Shown piece after piece: positions 63,601 through 64,000 of a stretch of 64,000 bases of DNA. Numbering within the stretch: the stretch's first letter is position 1; the number at the start of each line of letters is the position of its first letter. Position numbers and translations under genes: made by a program. Location: assembly GCF_002113885.1 (NCBI RefSeq), contig NW_018407245.1, forward strand, positions 64,775-128,774. Direction: 5' to 3'. This stretch comes from Mizuhopecten yessoensis (taxonomy: Eukaryota). The notes below the pieces were generated by a model. That model did not search any database, was not told the origin of the DNA, and worked only from the letters and a program-made list of their open reading frames with translations.

Positions 63601-63789
63601 GTATAGTACTAGCTAGTTCACACTTTTAAAAGTAAATGACATCTGGTAGAAAGCTTAAGGCTCATGCATCCTCAGGGTGATGATATTTTGCCTGCAGCAT
63701 GCATGGGCGAATCAAAAGCTATTAGTTTTGTTCTATCCTGATTAACAATTCACAAGGTCAGATGTACAAGTGCTGAAAATTTTGAACAA

Positions 63790-64000
63790 TTTCTTTTGAA
63801 TAGCCGAGAGGCCTAGCTAGCTAGGCTGATCTTTAATTGACTAGTAAAGCATGCTGGGAAGAATGGCTACCAAGTTTCTTTTGAATAGCCTGGAGGCCTA
63901 CATTGTAGCTAGCTAGGCTGATCTTTAATTGACTAGTAAAGCATGCTGGGAAGAATGGCTACCAAGTTTCTTTCGAATAGCCTCCAGGCCTACATTGTAG
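63790..64000. repeat. ~80-bp tandem repeat, truncated at window end
   Basis: tttcttttgaatagcc..ggcct..agctaggctgatctttaattgactagtaaagcatgctgggaagaatggctaccaag, more than 2 copies. Confidence 0.85.

Overview
AT-rich, repeat-dense animal genomic DNA; the repeat types suggest a mollusc, probably a bivalve (inference). It holds four protein-coding genes. Two are tandem single-exon Tctex1-domain dynein light chain paralogues (+, 4492-5211 and 9342-9941). One is a complete TUT4/TUT7-type terminal uridylyltransferase (-, 26 coding exons from 57409 to 25293, about 1764 aa, every junction phase-consistent by hand). The last is the 5' part of a REXO1-like exonuclease (+, from 59336), head-to-head with the TUT gene across a short bidirectional promoter. 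Most other ORF-track entries are artefacts of minisatellites. The rest of the window is satellites, MITEs, SINEs, a decayed mariner and a CR1/L2 tail. The most striking signal is that many intronic tandem arrays of the TUT gene are amplified copies of the gene's own exon ends plus 5' splice sites. The extreme case is about 32 copies of 'YYLQQCKPSVLPVLQE|GTGAGT' (39130-41049). Related duplications occur at four other donors, one acceptor and the stop codon, and in the arrays read through, the downstream donors give a frameshift or premature stop.
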